60,370 nucleotides of DNA from Clostridia bacterium (GTDB lineage: Bacteria; Bacillota; Clostridia; Oscillospirales; Oscillospiraceae). The DNA lies in the NCBI GenBank assembly GCA_024404825.1, contig JAKSPM010000001.1, positions 1-60,370 of the forward strand, given 5' to 3'. Position 1 is the stretch's first letter. Each line of letters opens with the position of its first letter. Position numbers and translations under genes: made by a program. Under the pieces are notes generated by a model. That model searched no databases, was not told where the DNA came from, and saw only the letters and a program-made list of their open reading frames with translations. Of this stretch, positions 7,993 through 17,487 are shown one piece after another.

Positions 7993-8871
7993 TTAATTCT
8001 TCGGGGCGATTGCGGGGTGGTCTTTATCCACGATGCCATGGGCAAGGATATAATCGCGGTAGAGCTCATAATACTGCGGGTACAGGTGTGCGCCGTCGCC
8101 GGAGTATTCTGCCTTCATATAGCCTGTGCCGTCATCGACAAACTCGTTGACATCGAGATAGAAAATATCCGTGCCGTTATCCAGCTCCGAGATCGCTTCA
8201 TTTTTATTCGAGATCACAGAGGTGTTAAACACCGGCTCCTTTTCTGCTCTTTCCCGCGTGGTATACATGATCGACTGGACGAAAATCAAGGCATCCGGCT
8301 GATAATAGCGCACAGTATCGATCAGCTCCTGATAGCTTTCCATGAAGCTCTCGTTGGAGAAACCGCACTCATTGATACCGAAGCACAGATAGACCTTGCC
8401 GTAATGCTTTGCGGCAAGCACGCTGTAAACGCCCGTGTAACCGTTGACGGTATCGGTATTATCGAGGACGTCATAGATGGTCATCATATCGACGCCGTAA
8501 TAGGTTGCCTCACCAAGCGGCTGATAATAGCCGAACCATTTTGTGCGGGAATTGCCGATAAAGAGTGCATCGTCAAAATAATGCTCTCCGACTTGGCAAA
8601 ACTCTTTTGGGGTAGGTTCTGAGGGCTCCGAGGGCATCGGCTCTGTCTGCTCCGGAGGTTGCTCCGTTTCCTGCTGCGCCGGGGTGCTTTCTGCGCTGGA
8701 CGCTCCATTCTGCATATAATACGGAACCGGCTTTTTGACCTTTTTCTCCGGTTCTTCTTCTCTGAAGGAATTCAAAATGAGAAAGCCGATTCCGAAAACG
8801 ACCAGGCTGATCAGCAGTGGGCAGGCCTTCCAAAATGTGGTTTTCTTTTTTCTGACTTTTGTTCCGTTCAT
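7993..8871 (-). CDS. membrane-anchored SGNH/GDSL-type esterase/acyltransferase partner of the MBOAT protein
   Basis: N-terminal TM helix, Pro/Glu-rich linker, then a block I-like motif FIGNSRT and a block V motif GDGAH (DxxH). The gene starts 18 nt downstream of the MBOAT gene. Confidence 0.55.
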   Translation of the reverse strand: MNGTKVRKKKTTFWKACPLLISLVVFGIGFLILNSFREEEPEKKVKKPVPYYMQNGASSAESTPAQQETEQPPEQTEPMPSEPSEPTPKEFCQVGEHYFDDALFIGNSRTKWFGYYQPLGEATYYGVDMMTIYDVLDNTDTVNGYTGVYSVLAAKHYGKVYLCFGINECGFSNESFMESYQELIDTVRYYQPDALIFVQSIMYTTRERAEKEPVFNTSVISNKNEAISELDNGTDIFYLDVNEFVDDGTGYMKAEYSGDGAHLYPQYYELYRDYILAHGIVDKDHPAIAPKN

Positions 8872-8889
8872 GCTGTTTCACCTGCCCTT

Positions 8890-10215
8890 TCAGAAACCCG
8901 CATAAGCAAGCGGCATACTGCCGGACTTTTGCACGGTATACACTGCCCACCAAAACAGGACTGACAGGATGATCGCGCCCGGCCAGGTCTTGCCGAATCT
9001 GCGAACGATGTTTTCCGGGATCGGGAAGCAAAACAGGACGCCTGCAAGTAGGTACGGCCAAATGCCGCTGTACTGGCCGATGCCGACCTGATAGCGGCTT
9101 GCAGAGCCGCCGAACATCGGGAAGAGTCGGCCGAAATAGACACCGAGATTATGGATATCCGTGACCTTGAAGCAGCACCAACTCAGGACGATGAAGAAAA
9201 TTACATACAGATGCGGCAGGATCTTGAGCTTGTCCATGAGCTTGCCCAAAAAGAGCTTTTCAAGCACGATCAGAACGCCAAGCCCCATGCCCCACAGCAG
9301 GAAGTTCCAACCGAATCCGTGCCAGACGGAGGTGATGAACCAGACGATCAGAATATTGAGGAACGTTCGTACCATTCCCTTTCGGCTGCCGCCGAGCGGG
9401 ATATAAATGTAATCCTTGAACCAACGCATGAGGGTCATGTGCCAGCGGCGATAGAATTCACCGATCGTCTTGGCAAGATAGGGATAATTAAAGTTGTTCG
9501 GCAGGTTGAAGCCGAGCATTTTGCCGATGCCGAGCGCCATAAAGGTATAGCTCTGCCACTCCAAATACAGCTGCATACTGAAGGTGATGATACCCAGCCA
9601 TGCAAGCGGCATAGATAGATTCTGAAAGCCGTGCATTTCCAGCTCACCCCAAAGCCCGCCGAGCTTATCCGCAAGCAGTACCTTCAGGCAAAAGCCGAGG
9701 ACGAAGGATTCAAGTCCTGCCTGAATACCGCGCCAGCTCACGCGCGGAGCCATCAGATTTTGGCTGACCTCTTCATAGCGTGTGATGGGGCCTTGCTGGA
9801 GCTTCGGAAACATCGTAACAAAGGCAGCAAAGGCCGCAGGATTGTTCTCTGCGGGAATTGTTCTGCGATAGACATCAACGATGTATGCGATGCAGGAAAA
9901 GGTATAGTAGCTGACGCCGAGCGGCAGATAGGAAAATGCCTTGAAGCAAACCAGCGCAACAGCATTGCCTGCAACGCCGATCAAAAGATACAGCCTGCGC
10001 TTATTCTTGTCCCTCTGCCCGGAAATGAGCCCGCCGAAAATGAAGCTGAACACGGCAAACAGCACACAGATCAGCGCCGAAAGCCAGCTTCCGAACACAG
10101 CAAAAACAAGGCTTCCGAGCAGGAGCGTATACTGTCGGAAGCGTGCCGGCGTTGCCGCGTAGACGATCAGAAATATTGCGAGAAAGAGAAGAAACTTTAT
10201 GCTCGTAAAGGTCAT
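8890..10215 (-). CDS. MBOAT family O-acyltransferase (AlgI/DltB/PatA-like)
   Basis: Polytopic membrane protein with the MBOAT signature region RRWHMTLMRWFKDYIYIPLGGSR and the conserved His in SVWHGFGWNF. Confidence 0.8.
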   Translation of the reverse strand: MTFTSIKFLLFLAIFLIVYAATPARFRQYTLLLGSLVFAVFGSWLSALICVLFAVFSFIFGGLISGQRDKNKRRLYLLIGVAGNAVALVCFKAFSYLPLGVSYYTFSCIAYIVDVYRRTIPAENNPAAFAAFVTMFPKLQQGPITRYEEVSQNLMAPRVSWRGIQAGLESFVLGFCLKVLLADKLGGLWGELEMHGFQNLSMPLAWLGIITFSMQLYLEWQSYTFMALGIGKMLGFNLPNNFNYPYLAKTIGEFYRRWHMTLMRWFKDYIYIPLGGSRKGMVRTFLNILIVWFITSVWHGFGWNFLLWGMGLGVLIVLEKLFLGKLMDKLKILPHLYVIFFIVLSWCCFKVTDIHNLGVYFGRLFPMFGGSASRYQVGIGQYSGIWPYLLAGVLFCFPIPENIVRRFGKTWPGAIILSVLFWWAVYTVQKSGSMPLAYAGF

Positions 10216-10237
10216 CTTTTTCTACCCCTTACAGGTG

Positions 10238-11368
10238 TTATTTTACAATCTTACCGTTGATATAGACTGCTTTGCGGTTGAAATCGCCGTCGCAGACGAT
10301 AAAATCCGCTTCCTTGCCGACAGAGATGGAGCCGACCTCTTTTTCTACGCCCAAAGCGCAGGCGGGGTTATAGGAGGCAGCGCGGACGGCGTCTTCCGGT
10401 GCGATACCGAAGGAAATGGCGTTTTTCATGCAGTCAAAGAGGTTCGTTACGGAGCCGGCAAGTGTGCCGTCAATGAGCGTGCAGGTCTTGCCCTTGAGGT
10501 AGACATCCTGACCGCCGAGCTCATATTTGCCGTCGGGCATGCCGCAGCAGCGAAGCGCATCGGAGATAAGGATCATCCTAGAAGCCCCGAACATAGAGAA
10601 CGCCAGTCGGATGGAGGCAGGATGAACATGGATGCCGTCACAGATGATCTCTGCACGGACAGCTTGATTCTCCGCACCTGCGCCGATGACACCGGGCTTA
10701 CGGTGATGGATGGGAGGCATGGCATTATACAGGTGGGTCAGATGGGTCGCGCCGGCATCGATGGCAGCCTTGGCTTCGTCATAGGAAGCGTCGGTATGGG
10801 CGATGGAGACCGTACAAAGCTCCTTTGCCTGCTTGACAAACTCGACACTGCCCGGAAGCTCGGGTGCTAAGTCAACAATGCGGACCAAACCGTCACAGCC
10901 ATCATAGAGCTTTTTGAAGGCTTCAAAATCCGGCTCACGCAGATAAGCGCCGTTCTGTGCGCCCTTTTTCTTTTCGGAAAAGAAAGGGCCTTCCATCTGA
11001 ATGCCCTTGAGCTTGGAAGATCCCTCGGGGGCTTCCTTGCGGAGCTGCTTTGCCGTTGCAAACGCCTTTTCCAGCACATCATACGGAAGCGTCATGGATG
11101 CGGGTGCAAAGGATGTGATGCCGTTTTTTCCGAGATAGTCCGCCATCTTTTTCAGGCCATCGTAGTCACCGTCCGAGAAGTCGGCGTTGGAATTGCCGTG
11201 ATTATGGACATCAATCAGGCCGGGAATGACCGTCGCGCCTTCTAAATCGATGCCGGGCAGAGAGTTGACGCCCTCATAGATCTTGATGAACTTTCCGTCT
11301 TCTACTTCAAAGCTGCCCTTGACGAAGCGGAAATTCTCTGTAAAAATGTTTGCGTTTTTGAATAACAT
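10238..11368 (-). CDS. nagA: N-acetylglucosamine-6-phosphate deacetylase
   Basis: 376 aa. Metal ligand motifs DVHNHG and HLYNAM, plus C-terminal ADFIV-type strands, typical of NagA amidohydrolases. Confidence 0.85.
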   Translation of the reverse strand: MLFKNANIFTENFRFVKGSFEVEDGKFIKIYEGVNSLPGIDLEGATVIPGLIDVHNHGNSNADFSDGDYDGLKKMADYLGKNGITSFAPASMTLPYDVLEKAFATAKQLRKEAPEGSSKLKGIQMEGPFFSEKKKGAQNGAYLREPDFEAFKKLYDGCDGLVRIVDLAPELPGSVEFVKQAKELCTVSIAHTDASYDEAKAAIDAGATHLTHLYNAMPPIHHRKPGVIGAGAENQAVRAEIICDGIHVHPASIRLAFSMFGASRMILISDALRCCGMPDGKYELGGQDVYLKGKTCTLIDGTLAGSVTNLFDCMKNAISFGIAPEDAVRAASYNPACALGVEKEVGSISVGKEADFIVCDGDFNRKAVYINGKIVK

Positions 11369-11387
11369 AGTTTACCTCCGTACGGAA

Positions 11388-11423
11388 AATAGCTGTTGCA
11401 AAGGAGCTCTGCAACAGCTATTT
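11388..11423 (-). terminator. hairpin between the ROK-like gene and nagA (weak terminator or processing site)
   Basis: The minus strand reads AGCTGTTGCA-gagctcctt-TGCAACAGCT followed by ATTTTCC, which is only a 4-U tract. Confidence 0.35.
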
Positions 11424-11426
11424 ATT

Positions 11427-12839
11427 TTATTTCGATTCAGGCAAAGACGCGGCAGCGACAGACTGGCCGACTCTGCGGGTCTTTTCATCGGGCAGCATGA
11501 CCGTCATCTTTGCAAACAGTGCGGGATATTCCTCTTCCATGATACGGTTGCACTCGGCAAGGATGGTATCGCCGCCCTTGCCGGACATGACACGGCCTAA
11601 GACCATCATGTATTCTACATCATAGAACTGGCTGTAAAGGTTCATCGTATGCGCCAGATAGCAGCCGATGGAGCGGAAAATGCGGATGGCACGCGCATCA
11701 TCTGCTTCCATGAGATTCTGAACGGCTTTCAGCTTCTCGGCGGGGGTCAGGCTTTCATCAAGCTCAATACCGGCAGCAGGTGCCAGTTTGATAACGGCAT
11801 CCTGCGAGAAATACTTGCAGCCGACGCCGATGTCATACGACCATTCATCCATCATGGCCTGCTCGGAAAGGTCAACCGGTGCAAAGGCAAGCTCATTGAA
11901 CCAGCCGAGAACATTGCCCTTTCGGTCAACATAGCCGACAGCCTCACTCGTGCCCATGGCCATGCCCATGACGGCAGTTGCTTCCATGCCCATGGCACCG
12001 GCAAGCGCGGTCACATCGCCGTCATTTGCAACAACGATGGGTACATTGCCGTCACCGATCTCGGTGGCTGCGCGGTCAAAAATGGTATGGACGAGCTTAC
12101 GGACTTCCTTTTCTCTCGGGACCTTGATAAACAGGGACGAGACCATCGGTGCATTGCCGATGAATACACCGGCAGAGGAAACGCCGATGCCGTCAACGCG
12201 GGGCATTTTGGACGCGGCAGTCTTGAAAGCTGCAACGATTTCATCATAGTGGTACTGAGGATCCGCCTGTGTCTTGGGATGCCAGACGACCTCCTCGGAA
12301 TAGACGGTCTCGCCGTCAACGACAGCGGAAACCTTGCGGTCGGAGCCACCGGCATCAAAGCCGATACGGCAGCCATCCATATGGCCGCCGACGGAAACGG
12401 AGGCGTCATTTTCCTGTGGGAAGGTCTCTTCCGTGCAGTCGATGATCTCAAAGCCGTTTTCGTAGACATCGGACATAAACTGAACGTCAAACCAGCGTTC
12501 GCCGTTCTCGCCGTCGCCGTTTTCAAAGTAGACATATGCCTTTTTCAGACGCTGTGCGATTTCGCTTGCGCCGAGGATATAGACGCGGAAGCCGCCGATC
12601 GACCACAGCAGAAACTTGACATAGCGCTCGACAAAGCGGAAGTCTGCTTCCTTCATTTCAGGTGTGCCGTAGAGCTTTGCATGGCGAACGGAGATCTTGC
12701 CCTGGTCACGCTCGACGGCGATGGAGATGGGCTTGCTTGCCCCTGCCAGGTAGGCTTCCATCCACGGGCCGAACGGGATAAAGCCGGGATCAAGCTCCGG
12801 CATATTTTTGACGTTGAATTCAATTCCTAAGTAGTTCAT
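11427..12839 (-). CDS. ASKHA-superfamily sugar kinase (ROK/PpgK-like) with an N-terminal extension of about 160 aa
   Basis: Phosphate-1-like IGFDAGGSDRK, ROK-like VANDGDVTALAG and phosphate-2-like GMAMGTSEAVGYV motifs. I see no CxCGxxGC zinc motif, so this is not a canonical ROK kinase. Confidence 0.5.
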   Translation of the reverse strand: MNYLGIEFNVKNMPELDPGFIPFGPWMEAYLAGASKPISIAVERDQGKISVRHAKLYGTPEMKEADFRFVERYVKFLLWSIGGFRVYILGASEIAQRLKKAYVYFENGDGENGERWFDVQFMSDVYENGFEIIDCTEETFPQENDASVSVGGHMDGCRIGFDAGGSDRKVSAVVDGETVYSEEVVWHPKTQADPQYHYDEIVAAFKTAASKMPRVDGIGVSSAGVFIGNAPMVSSLFIKVPREKEVRKLVHTIFDRAATEIGDGNVPIVVANDGDVTALAGAMGMEATAVMGMAMGTSEAVGYVDRKGNVLGWFNELAFAPVDLSEQAMMDEWSYDIGVGCKYFSQDAVIKLAPAAGIELDESLTPAEKLKAVQNLMEADDARAIRIFRSIGCYLAHTMNLYSQFYDVEYMMVLGRVMSGKGGDTILAECNRIMEEEYPALFAKMTVMLPDEKTRRVGQSVAAASLPESK

Positions 12840-12852
12840 AGCATCCTCTTAA

Positions 12853-12925
12853 CCGTTGATTTTCAAGCCTTTTCCGAAGCATCAGCAAAGCAATGCCCGT
12901 GAAAACCGGCTTGGGTTCGACTCTC
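12853..12925 (-). repeat. intergenic copy of a motif also found inside the 529-bp element (57939-58015)
   Basis: The reverse complement reads GAGAGTCGAACCCAAGCCGGTTTTCACGGGCATTGCTTTGCTGATGCTTCGGAAAAGGCTTGAAAATCAACGG. Its core CGGTTTTCACGGG..GCTGATGCTTCGGAAAA matches 57956-57994 at 35 of 39 positions. Confidence 0.7.
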
Positions 12926-14003
12926 AACCGTTGGCAGCAACCCGCGCAACGATATCTTTCATCTGCATCCACTTGCTCTCCATGTCGGCGACCAGCTTCA
13001 TCTGGCTGCGCGCACGGACAAGATTGTGATCGGGATAGTCGGTCTTGAAGTAGAGATCGCCGTTGAGGTAGTCGGTGAGGAAACGAACGGCAAGCTCTAA
13101 CGTGATGATCTTTGCACCCATGGGGAGCATTTCGATTTCCTTCGGGGTCAGGCTCGGGCAGGCAGTCATAAAGCCGCGGGTGTATATCTCAAAGAGCTTG
13201 AGGTTCAGCGTCATCTTGGACAGGTCTTTTTCATCCTCGGCAGCCGTTGCTGCGCCGAAGCGGATGGAATCGCCAAAATCGAACAGGCTGAGACCGGGCA
13301 TAACGGTGTCTAAGTCTAAAACGCAGAGCGCCTTGCGGGTCTGCTTATCCAGAAGGACATTGTTGAGCTTCGTATCATTGTGGGTCACGCGGAGCGGAAG
13401 CAGACCCTTCTCTAACATTCCCTGCAGGGTGCCTGCCTCGACCTCACGGGTCAGGACAAAGGAGATGTCCTTTTTGATGTCCTTTGCACGGCCACAGGCG
13501 TCCTTTTCCAGTGCTTCATGGAAAATGCGGTAGCGGTCGACCGTGTTGTGGAATTCCGGAATGGTTTCATGGAGCGTATCTGCCGGGAAATCGGACAGAA
13601 GATTCTGGAATCTGCCGAAGGCGATCGCACTCTCATAGAAGTCGGAATCGGTTTCGGGCGTTTCCAGGCAAACGCCGTCTGCGAATTCATAGCAGCGCCA
13701 GTACTCCTCTGCTTCATCGACATAGTAGTATACGCCGTCCTCGGCAGGAATAAAGTTGAGCGCCTCGCGGGGATCTTCCACGCGCTCACGCAGATACTGC
13801 GTGATGGCACCGACATTTTCCATAACTGCCTTCGGGTCGGAAAACACATACTTGTTGATACGCTGAAGGATGTATTCCTTGCCTGCATCGGTTTTTACCA
13901 TGTATGTAAGGTTGATATGGCCGCAGCCGTAGGTTTCGCAGGATACCGGCGTTCCTTCGACCTGAAAATGTCGGATCGCGGGTTCAATCACTTGATTCTT
14001 CAA
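12924..14003 (-). CDS. nahK: N-acetylhexosamine 1-kinase (anomeric GlcNAc/GalNAc kinase, APH fold)
   Basis: 359 aa. PLRVTHNDTKLNNVLLD, DLDTVMPG..LFDFGDSIRFGA..EDEKDLSK and RFLTDYLNGDLYFKTDYPDHNLVRARSQMKLV closely follow the Bifidobacterium NahK sequence as I recall it. Confidence 0.75.
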   Translation of the reverse strand: MKNQVIEPAIRHFQVEGTPVSCETYGCGHINLTYMVKTDAGKEYILQRINKYVFSDPKAVMENVGAITQYLRERVEDPREALNFIPAEDGVYYYVDEAEEYWRCYEFADGVCLETPETDSDFYESAIAFGRFQNLLSDFPADTLHETIPEFHNTVDRYRIFHEALEKDACGRAKDIKKDISFVLTREVEAGTLQGMLEKGLLPLRVTHNDTKLNNVLLDKQTRKALCVLDLDTVMPGLSLFDFGDSIRFGAATAAEDEKDLSKMTLNLKLFEIYTRGFMTACPSLTPKEIEMLPMGAKIITLELAVRFLTDYLNGDLYFKTDYPDHNLVRARSQMKLVADMESKWMQMKDIVARVAANG

Positions 14004-14200
14004 AACGAAAACTCCTTGTGTTTCATTGTTCTATCATATGCGCCGAAAAAGCAGAGGAACTTTGTCCGCTAAGGCGCAAAAGCGCAAAATGAATATGCTA
14101 CGCAGCATAGCCCTACTAATTTACCACGTTCCCCGTGAAATAGCAATCTTTTGTTTTGTTTTTTTGTTTATTTTCGAAAGATTTTTTCGAATATTTACAA

Positions 14201-15955
14201 TTATTGCTGCAACTGCTGTGTCCGGCACAGGGCGGCATAGATGCCATCGAGTGCAAGAAGCTCAGAATGGGTGCCGTTTTCTTTGATGACGCCCTCTTCG
14301 ACCACGATGATTCTGTCTGCATTGCGGACGGTGGAAAGCCGATGCGCAATGATGAGGGTCGTGCGTCCCTTGGCAAGGGCATCAAAGGCTCTTTGGATCT
14401 TCGCCTCGGTCACGGAATCAAGCGCCGAGGTCGCCTCATCAAGAATGAGAATGGACGGGTTTTTCAGGAAGATGCGCGCAATGGAAATGCGCTGCTTCTG
14501 CCCGCCGGAAAGAAGGGTTCCGCGTTCGCCGACATAGGTATCGAAGCCCTCGGGCATTTGAAGAATATCCTCGTAGATCTCCGCCTTCTTTGCCGCCTCG
14601 ATGACCTCCTCCATGGAGGCATCGGGCTTGCCGTAGCGGATGTTTTCAAAGATCGTATCGGCAAAGAGGAAAACGTCCTGCTGCACAATGCCGATATTGG
14701 CGCGCAGTGATCGCTGCGTCACCGTACGCACATCTCTGCCGTCAATTTTGATAGTGCCGTCCGTGACCTCATAAAAGCGCGGAATGAGCTGGCAGAGCGT
14801 CGTTTTACCGCCGCCGGAGGCACCGACAACGGCAACCGTCTGCCCGGCTTCCACATGGAGAGAAACATCGTGCAAAACATCCGGGTCGCCCTCATAGGCG
14901 AAGCTGACGTTTTCCACATCGATTTTACCGAAAACATCCGTAAGCTCCCGGGCATCCGGTGCATCCTGAATGGAAGGCTCGGTACGCATGATGTCTGCAA
15001 AGCGGCTCAGGCCTGCAAAGCCGCTGGCAAAGAGCTCGGACATCATGGCGATCTTGCGGATGGGCGTGACGAAGGTCGCAATATACATACTGAACGTCAG
15101 AAGATCGACCGCATTCAGCTTTGCACGGCCTTTCATAATGATGTACCCACCGACGCCGATCACAATCACGGAGAGGATGCAGGTGAAGAATTCCATGGTT
15201 GCGTGGAACAGACCCATTTCCTTATGGAACTCCCGCTTGGAAACCTTGAACTGATCGTTGGATTTTTCAAACTTGTGCAGCTCGGAATCTTCATTCGTAA
15301 ATGCCTTTGCCGTGCGCACGCCTGAAAGCGAGGACTCGATGTCAGCATTGATAGCCGCAGTTCGCTGCTTGACCATTTTGGAGACCTTGCTCATTTTCCG
15401 TCTGCGGAAAATGACAAGCGACAGGCAGATCGGGAACATGATGCAAACGATCAGAGCAAGGCGCCACTGAACAAGGAACATGACAATCATCGCGCCGATA
15501 ATGGTAAGCGCTGAGGTCACCAAATCCTCCGGGCCGTGGTGGGCAAGCTCCGTGATATCAAAAAGGTCAGAGGTCAGTCTGCTCATGAGCTGGCCGGTGC
15601 GGTTGCGATCATAGTAGTCAAAGCCAAGCTCCTGCAGATGGCCGAACAGCGCCCTGCGGATGTCTGCCTCGACGCGAATGCCGAAGGTATGTCCCCAGTA
15701 GGCGATGATAAATTGCAAGAAAGAACGCAGAAAATACGCCGCGACCATGGCTGCCATAATAACGAAGAAGACTTTATAGTGTTCCCTCGGGAGAAGGTCG
15801 TTCAAAGAGTAGCGCGTAATGAGCGGGAAGGTCAGGTCGACCGCAGCAACGATCAATGCGCAGAACATATCTACCGCAAAAAGCTTCCTGTGCGGCTTAA
15901 AAAAGGAGAAAAAGATCCCCAGAATTGATTTTTTCTGATATTGCTTTGTTGTCAT
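14201..15955 (-). CDS. ABC transporter, fused permease/ATPase (MsbA-like exporter)
   Basis: Six-TM N-terminal domain. Walker A GASGGGKTT, signature LSGGQKQR, Walker B ILILDEATSALD. Confidence 0.85.
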   Translation of the reverse strand: MTTKQYQKKSILGIFFSFFKPHRKLFAVDMFCALIVAAVDLTFPLITRYSLNDLLPREHYKVFFVIMAAMVAAYFLRSFLQFIIAYWGHTFGIRVEADIRRALFGHLQELGFDYYDRNRTGQLMSRLTSDLFDITELAHHGPEDLVTSALTIIGAMIVMFLVQWRLALIVCIMFPICLSLVIFRRRKMSKVSKMVKQRTAAINADIESSLSGVRTAKAFTNEDSELHKFEKSNDQFKVSKREFHKEMGLFHATMEFFTCILSVIVIGVGGYIIMKGRAKLNAVDLLTFSMYIATFVTPIRKIAMMSELFASGFAGLSRFADIMRTEPSIQDAPDARELTDVFGKIDVENVSFAYEGDPDVLHDVSLHVEAGQTVAVVGASGGGKTTLCQLIPRFYEVTDGTIKIDGRDVRTVTQRSLRANIGIVQQDVFLFADTIFENIRYGKPDASMEEVIEAAKKAEIYEDILQMPEGFDTYVGERGTLLSGGQKQRISIARIFLKNPSILILDEATSALDSVTEAKIQRAFDALAKGRTTLIIAHRLSTVRNADRIIVVEEGVIKENGTHSELLALDGIYAALCRTQQLQQ

Positions 15956-17349
15956 TCAGCATTCACCTGATTTGATACGATATTGTTGACCCACACGCCC
16001 CGCTTAATCAGTACATAGCCGACGATACATTTCAGAAGGTCAAGACCGTTGACGATCGCATAGAGCGGGATAATCGGAAGCGCGGTAAAATGCACCAGCA
16101 GATAGGCCGCCGGGACGCTGACAGCCCAAACATAGAAGCTGTCAAATAAGAATGTGATAAGGGTTTTTCCGCCGCTGCGCATGGTAAAATAGGCCGCATT
16201 GACAAAGCAGTTGAGCGGCATCACCGCTGCGTAGACTAAGATAAGCTGCGTGGCAAGATGACGGATGTCCGTAGAGGTGTTGTAAATTTTCGGGAAGGCC
16301 CATGCAAACGAAACCGAGATCGCCGCGATGACGACGGTGAGCAGCATGGAAAACACGATCAGCTTTCGGTCGGTATCCCTGGCTTTTTCCGTTTCCCCTG
16401 CCCCGAGCTGCTGACCGACGATGATACCGATGGCGTTGCCCATTGCGATAAAGGCAACACTGAAGACATTGGTCAGGGTGTTGCTGATATTGGTGGCAGA
16501 AATGACATTATAGCTGCGCAGGGAATAGCACTGCACCAAAAGTGCCATGCCGCCCGACCAAAGCGTTTCGTTGATCAGAAGCGGCAGACCCTTCCGGACG
16601 ATTCGCCCGAACAGCAGGGCGGGAATCCGCATAGAACGGAATGCCCCTTCGATAAACGACGCTTTTTGCTTATGGCCTGCCGTCCATAGAGCGACGATCA
16701 GAAGCTCTGCAAAGCGGGAAATGACGGTTGCGATCGCCGCACCGCGAACGCCGAGCCTCGGCGCACCGAAATGGCCGAAAATCAGGATGTAATTCAGGAT
16801 CAGATTGATACAGACAGATACAATGCCGGCTGTCATCGGAACAACCGTCTGCCCGGTCTCGCGGAGGGTGCCGGAATAGCACTGGACAATGGCAAACGGC
16901 AGCAGGCCGAAAAGCATGACAAGCGAATATTCCTTGCCCGCACGGAAGCTAGCCTCGATGTCGGTCAGCGCTCCCTCGCCCTTCAGGTAGTGGCGGATCA
17001 GGCTATCGCCGAACAGCAGATAGATCACCACGCCGACTGCGGTTAACAGCAGGCAGATCAGGAGCTTGAAACGGAAGGTATCGCGCATGCCCTGTTTATC
17101 GCTGCTGCCGTAGAATTGGGCGGTAAAGATGCCCGCGCCGGAGATCGCACCGAAAATTGCCAAATTAAAGACGAAAAAGAGTGTATTTGCAATGGAAACG
17201 CCGGTCATCTCGATCGTTCCGATCTTGCCGACCATGATATTATCCAGCATACCGACAAAGTTCGTAATGCCGTTCTGGATCATAATGGGAACGGCAACGA
17301 GCAGCGCCATTTTGTAGAATTGTTTGTTGCCGAAATAACGTTTTAACAT
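15952..17349 (-). CDS. MATE family efflux transporter
   Basis: 465-aa 12-TM protein with the MATE N-terminal pattern (PIMIQNGITNFVGMLDNIMVG). It overlaps the ABC gene by 4 nt, so the two form an operon. Confidence 0.8.
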   Translation of the reverse strand: MLKRYFGNKQFYKMALLVAVPIMIQNGITNFVGMLDNIMVGKIGTIEMTGVSIANTLFFVFNLAIFGAISGAGIFTAQFYGSSDKQGMRDTFRFKLLICLLLTAVGVVIYLLFGDSLIRHYLKGEGALTDIEASFRAGKEYSLVMLFGLLPFAIVQCYSGTLRETGQTVVPMTAGIVSVCINLILNYILIFGHFGAPRLGVRGAAIATVISRFAELLIVALWTAGHKQKASFIEGAFRSMRIPALLFGRIVRKGLPLLINETLWSGGMALLVQCYSLRSYNVISATNISNTLTNVFSVAFIAMGNAIGIIVGQQLGAGETEKARDTDRKLIVFSMLLTVVIAAISVSFAWAFPKIYNTSTDIRHLATQLILVYAAVMPLNCFVNAAYFTMRSGGKTLITFLFDSFYVWAVSVPAAYLLVHFTALPIIPLYAIVNGLDLLKCIVGYVLIKRGVWVNNIVSNQVNAE

Positions 17350-17431
17350 AGCTGCCTCTTACTTTAATACATTAGTTGAATTTTAGCACATTTTTGTCAA
17401 AAAAACAAGCAGGTGTTTGTTTTGCGCCGGT

Positions 17432-17460
17432 GTTGAAAATCTGGTAAAACAGTGCTATTA
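17432..17460 (+). promoter_or_regulatory. sigma-A type promoter
   Basis: TTGAAA (17432-17437), a 17-nt spacer, then TATTAT (17455-17460) with TGc upstream. Confidence 0.45.
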
Positions 17461-17487
17461 TTGAGCAAACGGAAATGGGGGATGAAA

